From: Saprospiraceae bacterium
GTDB taxonomy: Bacteria; Bacteroidota; Bacteroidia; Chitinophagales; Saprospiraceae
Assembly: GCA_016711125.1 (NCBI GenBank)
Contig: JADJTQ010000010.1
Span: 20,298-84,297, forward strand
DNA: 64,000 nucleotides
Reading direction: 5' to 3'
The notes under the pieces: generated by a model
Databases searched by the model: none
Told to the model about the DNA's origin: nothing
The model's input: only the letters and a program-made list of their open reading frames with translations
Shown here: piece by piece, positions 1 through 9,743 of the stretch
Layout of the letters: the number at the start of each line of letters is the position of its first letter
Numbering within the stretch: position 1 is the stretch's first letter
Position numbers and translations under genes: made by a program

Positions 1-965
1 CAGAGTTTTTGTCATCAGGGCATCCACCAATCCTAAAATCCATTGATCTTAATAATCCTAATTCTGACAATTTCAAAGTCTCTTGGCATTGGGCCTCCAG
101 CTTCCGGCACCGGGCATCCAACATCCAGCTTCCGACTCCCGGCATTAATCCTCTCGCAGAGTTTGCAGAGATCGCAGAGTTTTTGTCATCAGGGCATCCA
201 CCAATCCTAAAATCCATTGATCTTAATAATCCTAATTCTGACAATTTCAAAGTCTCTTGGCTTTGGGCCTCCAGCTTCCGGCACCGGGCATCCAACATCC
301 AGCTTCCGACTCCCGACATTAATCCTCTCGCAGAGTTGGCAGAGATCGCAAAGTTTTTGTCATCAGGGCATCCACCAATCCTAAAATCCATTGATCTTAA
401 TAATTAATAATCCTAATTCTGACAATTTCAAAGTCTCTTGGCATTGAGCCCCCAGCTTCCGGCACCGGGCATCCAACATCCAGCTTCCGACCCCCGATAT
501 TAATCCTCTCGCAGAGTTGGCAGAGATCGCAAAGTTTTTGTCATCAGGGCATCCACCAATCCTAAAATCCATTGATCTTAATAATTAATAATCCTAATTC
601 TGACAATTTCAAAGTCTCTTGGCATTGAGCCTCCAGCTTCCGGCACCGGGCATCCAACATCCAGCTTCCGACCCCCGATATTAATCCTCTCGCAGAGATC
701 GCAGAGTTTTTTTTTCGTCAAGTATCCCAACTAGTCCTAAAATCCATTGGTTCCCAATAATCCTAATTCTGACAATCACAACGTCTCTGGCATTGGGCTT
801 TCAACTTCCGGCACCGGGCATCCAACATCCAGCTTCCGACTCCCGGCATTAATCCTCTCGCAGAGTTTGCAGAGATCGCAGAGTTTTTGTCATCAGGGCA
901 TCCACCAATCCTAAAATCCATTGATCTTAATAATCCTAATTCTGACAGTTACAACGTCCTTGGCA
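1..965. repeat. Tandem satellite, ~175-bp unit, about 5.5 copies. Unit starts at 1, 175, 349, 530, 702 and 879. Truncated by the window start.
   Basis: Direct reading: cagagtttttgtcatcagggcatccaccaatcc... recurs at spacings of 174/174/181/172/177 bp. Copy 5 is diverged. ORFs 9..407 and 381..572 simply read through the repeats. Confidence 0.92.
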
Positions 966-1121
966 TCTGACTTCCGACTTCCAACCTTATTTTCAAACGG
1001 AGGAATAGATCCGCCGCTACACTTCTACTCGAGATCTCTCCCGAAGATGTTGGGATCGCTGTCAGGACCTTGCTCTCTTCCGACTCCGGTCTTCCGTCTT
1101 CGGGCTTCCGGCTCATTTTCC
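966..1121. repeat. Degenerate 7-bp-periodic tract (cttccga/cttcggg type) containing the conserved 21-mer aatagatccgccgctacactt at 1004-1024.
   Basis: Heptad phasing is visible: cttccga ctccggt cttccgt cttcggg cttccgg. The 21-mer is identical to 11087-11107. Confidence 0.75.
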
Positions 1122-2687
1122 TTACCCCACGACCCTTCCCTTCAAAACCGGTCTGCGCTCGCTTTTGTCTTGCTTGCCCACACTGTTGATCATCGTCAGT
1201 TCAAGATCACGGTCACTAAATTTAAAGGTCAGCTGATCACCATGGATACCTTCCAGCATTTTGATATTTAATTGGAGAGTATCTTGTTCTACCCAGGTTG
1301 CGGTGGCTCCAATTTTTGAAGGATGATCGGTCCGGAAAAATACCGGAAATGGATATTTGATGGTTGCTGGATTGGTAAGCCATCTTTCAATCCCTGATGT
1401 AATTTTCTGATCTCCCTCCGATGTTTTAAACACAAAATCAAGTGACTGATTACCCGCAAGTATTTGGATGGAAGACACGTCAAATTGATTTTTATCCAGA
1501 TGAATTGTTTTACTCATTATGGTGCTGTTTGCAAAACTTGCATTTCCTTTTGGGATAGCAAGACTCAGCGTTTTTTGCAATTGCTGGAGATCCTTAAATA
1601 ACCCTGTTTTTTCGGGCAGTCTGCTGGCAGAGATCCCAGGCACCAAGTGATCAAAAATAATTTGCATGGATTTGCCCATGTCCCAACTCTCACTGGTGGC
1701 GGCAATCACGATATCCTGTTCAGGCATTACAATGCAGTATTGGCCGTAAGCGCCATCACCCCGGTAGACCCCGGGCATCTTACACTGCCAGAACTGATAG
1801 CCATAGCCGTTTGACCATTCGGTACTGCCCGGATTGCTAGGAGTATGCCAGGCAGTGGCTTCCGTGACCCATTGTTTGGGGACGACCTGTTTGCCCTGCC
1901 ATCGACCCATTTGCAGATAAGTGTGGCCAAAACGAGCAATTGCCTCAGTGTTGACCCTGAGACCAAAACCACCCGCATTGATTCCTTCCGGAGATTTCAC
2001 CCAGTCATATTGGCCAATACCCAAGGGCTCAAATAGCCGGGTTTTTAAATATGCTTCCAAGGTCTGACCCGATTGCTTTTGTACGATAGCACTCAACATA
2101 AATGTGGCTCCGGTATCATATAGGAATTTTGTGCCCGGAGCATGGACCACCGGTGTTTCCAAAAAGGAATGAATCCAGGGCTCGTGGGGCTTACTCAGTA
2201 CCCGTGAAAAACTATCTACATCATGCCCGGTATTCATGGTAAGCAAATGCTTTACCGTCATCTTTTGCAGATTAGGATCCTGATATTGTCCTGCAAGCTC
2301 CGGAAAAAAGGACAGCACTTTGGCATCTATATCAAGCAGACCTTCATCCATAGCAAATCCAACAGCTGTGCTGGTAAAACTTTTGGAAAGCGAATAGAGT
2401 GTGTGCACATACTCTGGCTTAAAAGGATCCCACCAACCTTCGGCGATTACCTGACCATGCCTCATAATCATCAAACTATGCCATTCATAATCACAAGAAT
2501 TGGCCGAGTTTAGCAGATTAATGATTGCCTGCGAATCGACGCCTTGCGACTCTGGGCTGACCCTCATCAATGACTGGCCTATCCCTGATGTTGACTTACA
2601 CGCATGTAATAAAGGTCCTAACCCAATCATTAGACCAGCACCTGCTAGCTGATTGAGGAAATGTCGTCGATTCATTAGATTCATCAT
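1122..2687 (-). CDS. Serine hydrolase, beta-lactamase / class C-related family, with a twin-arginine-like signal.
   Basis: S-x-x-K motif (SLSKSFT). N-terminus MMNLMNRRHFLNQLAGAGLMIG. The ORF-track start at 2756 is a TTG lying in the repeat tract, so the first ATG at 2687 was chosen. Confidence 0.85.
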   Translation of the reverse strand: MMNLMNRRHFLNQLAGAGLMIGLGPLLHACKSTSGIGQSLMRVSPESQGVDSQAIINLLNSANSCDYEWHSLMIMRHGQVIAEGWWDPFKPEYVHTLYSLSKSFTSTAVGFAMDEGLLDIDAKVLSFFPELAGQYQDPNLQKMTVKHLLTMNTGHDVDSFSRVLSKPHEPWIHSFLETPVVHAPGTKFLYDTGATFMLSAIVQKQSGQTLEAYLKTRLFEPLGIGQYDWVKSPEGINAGGFGLRVNTEAIARFGHTYLQMGRWQGKQVVPKQWVTEATAWHTPSNPGSTEWSNGYGYQFWQCKMPGVYRGDGAYGQYCIVMPEQDIVIAATSESWDMGKSMQIIFDHLVPGISASRLPEKTGLFKDLQQLQKTLSLAIPKGNASFANSTIMSKTIHLDKNQFDVSSIQILAGNQSLDFVFKTSEGDQKITSGIERWLTNPATIKYPFPVFFRTDHPSKIGATATWVEQDTLQLNIKMLEGIHGDQLTFKFSDRDLELTMINSVGKQDKSERRPVLKGRVVG

Positions 2688-2760
2688 TTTTAGTAATACG
2701 GCAAAAGACAGGACTTGTACCAGCGAATTATCTTGATTTAATTGAAACAGCTCCAAGCAT

Positions 2761-2870
2761 TTCTTCAGTCATCAGTCATCAGTTCTTCAGTCTTCAGTTC
2801 TTCAGTTCTCAATTCTCAGTTCTCAGTTCTCAGTTCTTCAGGCTTCGGTCTTCAGTCATCAGTCATCGGC
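2761..2870. repeat. 7-bp-periodic intergenic tract (tcagtca / tcagttc, ~15 units).
   Basis: Read directly. It lies between the enolase-family stop (2882) and the hydrolase start (2687). It generates phantom ORF 2742..3005. Confidence 0.9.
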
Positions 2871-2881
2871 TTTCCCATCCG

Positions 2882-4045
2882 CTACTCAAAAAACGGCATA
2901 CCCGGTGTCGCATACTTTTTCATGGCCTCAAAATTAATATCGACACCGATACCTGGTGTTTCGGAGACCGTGATAAAGCCATTTTCGATTTTGAGTTTAT
3001 CGTAGATCACGATTTCATCAAACATCGGATCGGTGTGATAATAAATCTGCCATTCCAGAATCATGAAATTGGGCACCGTAGCACATACATGACAAGATGC
3101 CATCGCTCCTAAAAAGGTGGCGACCATGTGAGGAGCAAATGGCACATAGTAGAGATTAGCTAAATTGGCAATGCGCTGCGCTTCTCCTAATCCTCCGGCT
3201 TTCTGCAAATCCGGCATGATAATATCAACCGCTCCCTTTTCCAGCATCTCCCGGAAACCATAAGCGAGATAGACATTTTCCCCGGCACAAATCGGTGTGC
3301 TGGTAGAGGCAGTAATTTTCTGATAAGCATCGATATTTTCAGCCGGTATCGGTTCTTCCAGCCACATTAGATTAAGCGGTTCAATCATTTTGGCCACACG
3401 CTCCCCCGTTGTCGTATCATACCTACCATGCATGTCGGCGCAGATATCAATATAAGGACCAACCGCCTCCCGAGCAGCCGCCAGTTGATTGTACATCCGT
3501 TCCAATTCTCCAGGGCTAGCCGTCCAATTATATAAATCATACTTTGCCGGATCCGAGCGCTGATCCAAGTCAAACTTGATGGCGGTAAATCCCATGTCTT
3601 TGGCGGTTGATGCGTTTTCCGCAAAATCTTTTGGCGATGGCAGATTATTCTGATAAAGCGCCGTATCGCAATAAACCCTGATTTTATCCCGGAACTTACC
3701 ACCCAACAATTGATAAACCGGTAGCCCCAATGATTTGCCGGCCAAATCCCAAAGAGCCGATTCAACTGCCGACATAGTAGCTACATACATACCTGACTGG
3801 CCACCACTAAAAACCCCGGCACGACGGATATCTTCAAAAAGTCGGTGTACCGCCAAAGGGCTCTTATCTTTCAGCATCCGGGCAAATCGCTTGACCAGGT
3901 GATAACCCCCTATTGTAGCATCGACACCCTCGCCACATCCGTAAATATCCTGATTGGTCTCGATTTTTACAAAAAGTCCATTGCCACCCCGGATAAATCC
4001 GCATTTAAGATCCGTGATTTTGAGATCGGATGGGCTAGATGTCAT
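2882..4045 (-). CDS. Enolase-superfamily enzyme (mandelate racemase / muconate lactonizing family, sugar-acid dehydratase-like).
   Basis: Full-length 387-aa ORF with typical MR/MLE N-terminal capping and barrel-domain sequence (KITDLK..., GxGEG, DxH...E...E pattern). Confidence 0.85.
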   Translation of the reverse strand: MTSSPSDLKITDLKCGFIRGGNGLFVKIETNQDIYGCGEGVDATIGGYHLVKRFARMLKDKSPLAVHRLFEDIRRAGVFSGGQSGMYVATMSAVESALWDLAGKSLGLPVYQLLGGKFRDKIRVYCDTALYQNNLPSPKDFAENASTAKDMGFTAIKFDLDQRSDPAKYDLYNWTASPGELERMYNQLAAAREAVGPYIDICADMHGRYDTTTGERVAKMIEPLNLMWLEEPIPAENIDAYQKITASTSTPICAGENVYLAYGFREMLEKGAVDIIMPDLQKAGGLGEAQRIANLANLYYVPFAPHMVATFLGAMASCHVCATVPNFMILEWQIYYHTDPMFDEIVIYDKLKIENGFITVSETPGIGVDINFEAMKKYATPGMPFFE

Positions 4046-4166
4046 GGGAGTTTTTGGAGAGCTTCCTGATATTGGCTACCAAATCCAGCGGCCAAAGGAA
4101 ATGCTCCCATCATGGCACTTTTCTTTAAAAAAGATCGTCGGGCATTTTTTTGCATATCAATTGTTT

Positions 4167-5147
4167 TTACCAGGTTCTTGATTCAAGTAATTTTTTTATT
4201 TGCTCTTTCGATACGGGCAATTCATCGATGTGGTCATTTAACCATTGAGAAAAATCTTTTTCAATTTCTGCTGACCAGCGATTATCTATTTCTGCTGCAC
4301 TATATTTTTTTTCTCGAATCCGGGAATGTCCAAACATATCCCGAAGTCGCACCACTTCTGATGTAGTCACCACTTTTTCCGCCAGTTGGGGTGGTATAAA
4401 AATAACACCACCATCTCTACCCAATACTACGTCGCCTGGCATGACCATCACTTTCCCAATCCTGGTTGGTGTGTTCAATCCCACCAAAGTTGTATTAAGA
4501 CGGTTCTCGGGATTATTTAAGTGATGGGATGGATGATAACTTCTCACGAAGGAGGTAAATCCTTCGATATCCCGAAGACCATTGATATCACGAATAGCTC
4601 CATTGTATACAATCCCATTTCCTGAGTTAGTGAAAATCGCATTACCGACATTATCACCAATCGTAGGGCCGTCTACGTGAGCTTCAAAATTATCGCCCAC
4701 ATACACATCTCCGGGCACCAGCATGGCAACCGGCCAGGCATTCTGCGATTTTATTCGACCATCCTGATCATGACCCTTGTCATCAATGGCTCGCTGTACA
4801 TCTGGTCTCCCCGGCATAAAAGTAGCCGTGAGAGCTCTGCCAACGAGGATATTCTCCGGGTGAATCACAAGCCAGTTTTCTTCATACTGGTAGTGATAAC
4901 CCTCATTGCGCAAGACAGCCCAGGCTTCCTCGTGAGTGACCAACTTCATGCGTTCAATGATTTCGTCAGAAACTTTAGGCCTACCATCTTCAAATCGTTC
5001 ACCTTTCCACTCCCGGGTGAGATGAAGGAGATATTCTTTTGAAATCTGTTGGCCAAAGGTACTTGCACCCATCGCTATACAAATACCCATAATAAAAATT
5101 CTATTGCAAAGCATCTGTGTTACATTTTCAGGTAAAGAATTGGTCAT
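4167..5147 (-). CDS. RraA-family / HMG-aldolase-like protein with an N-terminal signal peptide and extension.
   Basis: RraA-like core (PGDVYVGD...GDNVGNAI...NGAIRDINGL). Hydrophobic N-terminus NRIFIMGICIAMGASTFGQ. Confidence 0.7.
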   Translation of the reverse strand: MTNSLPENVTQMLCNRIFIMGICIAMGASTFGQQISKEYLLHLTREWKGERFEDGRPKVSDEIIERMKLVTHEEAWAVLRNEGYHYQYEENWLVIHPENILVGRALTATFMPGRPDVQRAIDDKGHDQDGRIKSQNAWPVAMLVPGDVYVGDNFEAHVDGPTIGDNVGNAIFTNSGNGIVYNGAIRDINGLRDIEGFTSFVRSYHPSHHLNNPENRLNTTLVGLNTPTRIGKVMVMPGDVVLGRDGGVIFIPPQLAEKVVTTSEVVRLRDMFGHSRIREKKYSAAEIDNRWSAEIEKDFSQWLNDHIDELPVSKEQIKKLLESRTW

Positions 5148-5327
5148 TAATCTATTGACAGGCTTAAGTTAATCATTCTCTCGAATCTACCACAAAACAC
5201 TGCTCATTGATTTTGGGTGCACTATGAATAGTATTCAAGCCGGTCATCAATATGATCATTAGAACATGTCGAATCAAATCCTGAGGACTTTAAGAGAAGT
5301 CAATCTTAAGAAATCTATTAATGCAGT

Positions 5328-5948
5328 TTAAAAGTTGGAATGGTGGTCACGAGGTACATTCGTACTGTAGTAATCATCAATGTCGTATGTTCCTGAAAAA
5401 GCCACAATCCCTTTTATCAAATCTTTGGGTAATTTCCTTGTATCAAGATATCTCACTTCCATAGCAACCAAAGTAGCCAGATGGGCACCTGATGAAAAGC
5501 CCCCAACCACAATTTTTGTACGACCAATTCCATAGGCATCAGAGTTGACGAACAACCATTGAATGGCATCAGCAATATCTTCAATATGAGCGGGATGCTG
5601 CACACCTTCTTTTCAGGTGGTATCTCTCCAAATCTTCGAGCTTAGTCTATGACCAACCGATGCCACTATGATACCCTGCTTTGCCAATTGTCTGGCCAAT
5701 TCCATCTCGACATCCTTATCACCATGAGACCAGGCTCCTCCTCCTATCCAAACCAATAATGGGCTATCCTTTAACCCTTTATTGCCAACAAGATTTAAGG
5801 TTTAACAACTATCGCTCTTCAGCTGACCATATGGCAAATCATTGATTTCCCATAGTTCTACCTCCTGACCCTGAGCACCGGAACTTACGAGTAAAATAAG
5901 GAGGCTCGCCACCAGCTTGATCATATTTAACCATGGAAAACTATTCAT
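5328..5948 (-). pseudogene. Alpha/beta-hydrolase (esterase/lipase type) pseudogene with two in-frame nonsense codons.
   Basis: One frame from ATG 5948 reads MNSFPWLN...DSC*TLNL...WIGGGAWSHGD...RDTT*KEGVQHPAHIEDI...GGFSSGAHL. The stops are TAA (5802-5804) and TGA (5613-5615). Out-of-frame remnants of the C-terminal part continue to about 5190. Confidence 0.75.
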
Positions 5949-6052
5949 GATAATATGTCTTTTCTCAAATTGTGTTTTGAAATAGTCTTAGACAAGTGGT
6001 TCTCAAATATTTGCACAATACCCTCTAATTTTGTTCGAAACGAACGACTCCA

Positions 6053-6475
6053 CTATCCATATTTATCGGTCATGTACTCATAGGCTGATTTGCTGAGCTC
6101 CTCCAAAATATCCCATTCTACATCTTCCAGTTTATTAATGTACAGGCATGATTTTCCGGTTTTAAATTTTCCCAGTTTCTCCATCAGATTATCATAGCGA
6201 TCAAATCCCGGCACAATGTACAATGTCAGGTTTTGTGCTCGGGGAGAAAAACCAACCTTCATAGAATCCCCTTCCCTCCCACTCTCATACCTATAATGAT
6301 AGTCGCCAAAACCCACAATATTGGTGCCCCACATTTTAGGCGCAGCACCACTTATCTTTTGCATCATTGAGACGATTTTTCTTGCATCTTTTTGCTTCTG
6401 CCCGTCCGTGATCGAACTTAAAAACTCTTCGACACTATTGCTGGTTTCAACCGTCTTGTTTTTTGCTTTATCCAT
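6053..6475 (-). CDS. DUF1801 (YdhG-like) domain protein.
   Basis: 140-aa ORF with the characteristic C-terminal GKSCLYINKLEDV motif region. Confidence 0.7.
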   Translation of the reverse strand: MDKAKNKTVETSNSVEEFLSSITDGQKQKDARKIVSMMQKISGAAPKMWGTNIVGFGDYHYRYESGREGDSMKVGFSPRAQNLTLYIVPGFDRYDNLMEKLGKFKTGKSCLYINKLEDVEWDILEELSKSAYEYMTDKYG

Positions 6476-6552
6476 TGGTTCTGCATTTCCTCCTAATGAT
6501 CCATGTGTTGATTAATAACCAAAAATAAAAATAACCACTTCTAAAACAAATT

Positions 6553-6602
6553 CTCAAATAACTACTGCTTTCACTGACTCAAATAACTGCTGCTTTCACT
6601 GA
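6553..6602. repeat. 25-bp tandem duplication (ctcaaataactRctgctttcactga x2).
   Basis: Read directly in the gap between 6475 and 6620. Confidence 0.85.
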
Positions 6603-6619
6603 TTCTGAATTATACTCAA

Positions 6620-7442
6620 CTACCAATCCTTTTTCTTGAGAATAAAGTAACTCAGCCCCAAATTTACTGCGAGCCATCCCAACACAATCACTGTCTCCCG
6701 GATACCAACATATTCCTGAAATTCCCTTAGAAAATATTTAGGAAAGGGTACCGGAATCAAATTATAGAGACTGCGAACCGGTAATAAACTGACAGAACTT
6801 CGAATTGTATCATAAACATGAGGAAAATTCTCTAAGAAAATGCCCAAAAAAGGCTCGAACATAATGGTGTATAAAAACAAACCAACAATCACTAAACCTG
6901 CCTTCGGAATTAACAAAGTTATCCAAAAACAGAATGAAAGATAAGTCAGCAAAACCAGAAAATAAGCCAATACGAAATCAAGCGATTGTAAAACATAGGG
7001 ATAGCCTTCTTCATTTGAGTAGAGACCACCCATCACCAGTCCCAAAATAAATAAAAAGATGGTTGCAAAAAACACTCAGCACTAAAATATGGATCAATTT
7101 TGATAACCAAAACTCCGATTTACTGAGGCCATCAATAATATTTTGTCGCAAGGTTCGATAACTGTCATCATTAGCTACCGAAATCACCACAATAAATCCC
7201 AATATTATCTTACAGAAGGAGCCTAAATAAGCGCTATTCTGCCAAACATCGGGAAAATCATAAAGTGGAATCAGGGTAGGATCCAGACCGTTAAAATCGG
7301 CTCCCTGCCTTTTTAAAAACTGCAGAAATAATAAACCACCACAACACACTAATGCCACTGCCAATAAATACATAGTCACCAACACCCAGTATGGCCGGTA
7401 ATTTTTCATTTTCCACCACTCTATTTGCCAAAGTCTAATCAT
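6620..7442 (-). CDS. ABC-2 type transporter permease. The frame is broken as sequenced.
   Basis: ORFs 7011..7442 and 6620..7075 join as ...LVLSVFFATIFLF... if the A6 run at 7067-7072 gains one base. Multi-pass hydrophobic protein that overlaps the ATPase stop. Confidence 0.75.
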
Positions 7443-8325
7443 GCTCTGCTAAAATTCGTAAAAACTGCTCCTCCAGATTTCCGCTTTTTTCACGTAAAAG
7501 TGTCAGAACAACGCCATGACTAATCAGATATTGATTGAGTTGCTCCGTCGTAATGTCTGACGCGCTCACTATGAGACGGTCGTCTTTTTGCTCGATTTTT
7601 TGAAAATTCCCAAAACCAGTGAGGACCCTGGTTAGTTGTGGCATATTCCGTGATGCCAGCTCTATGGTCGATTGATTGGTCAATGCATCTTTTACACTGC
7701 CCTGGTAGAGTTTCTGGCCCTTACCTAGTACCATAAAATGCGAACAAACACGTTGTACCTCGTCCAATAAATGGCTAGCCAAAATAATCGTCTTACCTAT
7801 TCCCGCTATTCTGCGAATGAGGTTTCTGATCTCAACGATTCCTTGCGGGTCCAATCCATTGGTCGGCTCATCCAGGATTAAGACACTGGGATCGGACAAT
7901 AGGGCAGATGCGATGGCAAGTCTTTGCTTCATGCCCAGTGAATATGTTTTGAAAGGGTCATTCTTACGATCCCATAAATCAACAAGCTTCAGTACCGGTT
8001 CGATTGCAGATCGGTCAACATCTTTTATCCTTCCTGCAATCGCTAAATTTTGGTATCCGGTCAGATAAGGATAAAAACATGGGGTTTCCAGGATTGCTCC
8101 AATTTTTTTACGGACATTTTTTTGCTCATTTTCGCCAAACCAGCTAAAAGTGCCTGAGGTCGGCTGCACGACCTGCAGTAAGAGAGCGAGGGTCGTCGTC
8201 TTGCCGCTTCCATTAGGACCTAAAAACCCAAACACCATGCCCTCTTCAATAGAAAGATCCAGTCCATCCAATGCATGGATTTTGCCATAAAATTTTGTGA
8301 GTTGTTTGGTGTCTAAAATTTGCAC
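7435..8325 (-). CDS. ABC transporter ATP-binding protein.
   Basis: Walker A GPNGSGKTT, signature LGMKQRL, Walker B LILDEPTNGLD. Confidence 0.92.
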   Translation of the reverse strand: MQILDTKQLTKFYGKIHALDGLDLSIEEGMVFGFLGPNGSGKTTTLALLLQVVQPTSGTFSWFGENEQKNVRKKIGAILETPCFYPYLTGYQNLAIAGRIKDVDRSAIEPVLKLVDLWDRKNDPFKTYSLGMKQRLAIASALLSDPSVLILDEPTNGLDPQGIVEIRNLIRRIAGIGKTIILASHLLDEVQRVCSHFMVLGKGQKLYQGSVKDALTNQSTIELASRNMPQLTRVLTGFGNFQKIEQKDDRLIVSASDITTEQLNQYLISHGVVLTLLREKSGNLEEQFLRILAEHD

Positions 8326-8337
8326 AATTACTTAGGT

Positions 8338-8940
8338 TTATTCTTCAATAATCACCTTGCTCAAGGTATCCTGATTGAGGCTATCCACAGAAATACTGTC
8401 TTTTGTTGCATCATCCTCCTCTCTTTGTATACCTACCAATGAAAATACATCCAAAAAATCTTCCCCGATACTGGTTGAATCAGCAGATAATGTTTGGATT
8501 AATTGATTGAGGCTCCATATATTAATCTGACCTACGATGTCAGCAAGGTAATATTCGTATTTCGTGGGCACCATGAGAATGGACTGGTTCGGGTCCTCTT
8601 TACCAAGAAAATAAATTCGCCGGCCGTTCAGATTAACGGTGGCATATTCCTCAAAATGCTCTTCAGCCTGGAGTCTTAATTTTAAATCCACCACATCATC
8701 CACTCCAAATTCATCTTTCATACGGTATACCACCAATTTCCTGACATTCCTGATTAATTGGTAATAGTCCGGATTGTCCTTCAAATTAACAGCACGCATA
8801 ATGCCGGGATAAAAGAAAAAGGTTCTGTCTACCCCATCCCCATCTTTCAACTCTGAAAGGACTTCGCTAGTAGTATAATGCTCAGATTGGCAAGCTATTA
8901 TGCTCAGGACGATTAGAATTGGAAAAATGATATTTTTCAA
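8338..8940 (-). CDS. Hypothetical lipoprotein.
   Basis: Lipobox LSIIAC. Co-directional and tightly spaced with the ABC genes. No recognised domain. Confidence 0.55.
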   Translation of the reverse strand: MKNIIFPILIVLSIIACQSEHYTTSEVLSELKDGDGVDRTFFFYPGIMRAVNLKDNPDYYQLIRNVRKLVVYRMKDEFGVDDVVDLKLRLQAEEHFEEYATVNLNGRRIYFLGKEDPNQSILMVPTKYEYYLADIVGQINIWSLNQLIQTLSADSTSIGEDFLDVFSLVGIQREEDDATKDSISVDSLNQDTLSKVIIEE

Positions 8941-9023
8941 AATATGCTGTTAGCATTTAGATTTCCAATATAGTATTTCTCAGACATCGGGTTGACAGAA
9001 ATCGACCGACATCAATGAATGGA

Positions 9024-9689
9024 CTACGTACGTTTCAACCAACCGGCAATGCTGATTCGTGAGCGACCAGCCGGATGCACCTCATGCTCCACTTCGTCAC
9101 TCTTAAAAAAGACGGACCTCCCTCCCAGCGGAAGAATTGAAATATCCCGGTCTTGAAGATAGAGTGACAATTTACCACCGTCCGTATCTAACCAGGCGTC
9201 ATTCAAATAAATAACCAATGAATACTTGCGACCCAGATCCGCTCGAAATTGATCCAAATGTCTTTTATAGAAACTACCTTCTTCATAAAAAGCATAGTGA
9301 AATTCGAAATCATTGATACCCGTATAACATGTTTGATTCAGATAATCTGCAAATGCAGACACTCTCTTGATGAATGACTTTTCAAAAATATCTTCACTGT
9401 TATTCTCAATCCAGGATATTTGATCACCCCGAACTTTGAGGTTCTTTTGAAAAGAGAATCGTTTACCAATACCGGCTGGATGCATCTGACCATCGCTCCA
9501 TCGTTTTTGAAGATTAATCCTTAGGTCAATCGCTAATTCTGGGTCCAAAAAGTCATCGACTACCCCAAACTGGTTTGTGACGAGCCCTTCGATGAGTTCC
9601 TCAAATTTCAACTCATCACCCCTATTCGTTGACACAGCCGGCATATTATCTCTTTTTGATCGTTCGATGGCATAGAAAAGAATGTGCAA
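9024..9689 (-). CDS. 2OG-Fe(II) oxygenase (prolyl 4-hydroxylase-like).
   Basis: YKRHLD...IYLNDAW...GG.L...FFKSDEVEHEV...RISIAGW pattern (HxD...H facial triad context). The start could instead be the ATG at 9644. Confidence 0.8.
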   Translation of the reverse strand: MHILFYAIERSKRDNMPAVSTNRGDELKFEELIEGLVTNQFGVVDDFLDPELAIDLRINLQKRWSDGQMHPAGIGKRFSFQKNLKVRGDQISWIENNSEDIFEKSFIKRVSAFADYLNQTCYTGINDFEFHYAFYEEGSFYKRHLDQFRADLGRKYSLVIYLNDAWLDTDGGKLSLYLQDRDISILPLGGRSVFFKSDEVEHEVHPAGRSRISIAGWLKRT

Positions 9690-9743
9690 TCTACGACCTA
9701 GAGTCCAACACTGGTGCTATATTTCGACAGAATCAGGTACTAC

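Noticed and set aside
9-572. ORFs 9..407 (+) and 381..572 (-) as protein-coding genes.
   Set aside because: Their translations are just the 175-bp satellite read repeatedly (identical peptide blocks every ~58 aa). They have no start context and no stops only because the repeat happens to lack them.
1-965. A CRISPR array, considered both here and at the 58194-58600 repeats.
   Set aside because: The units are 174-181 bp and contiguous with no unique spacers, there are no cas genes in the window, and the 58-kb repeats are REP-like hairpin clusters.
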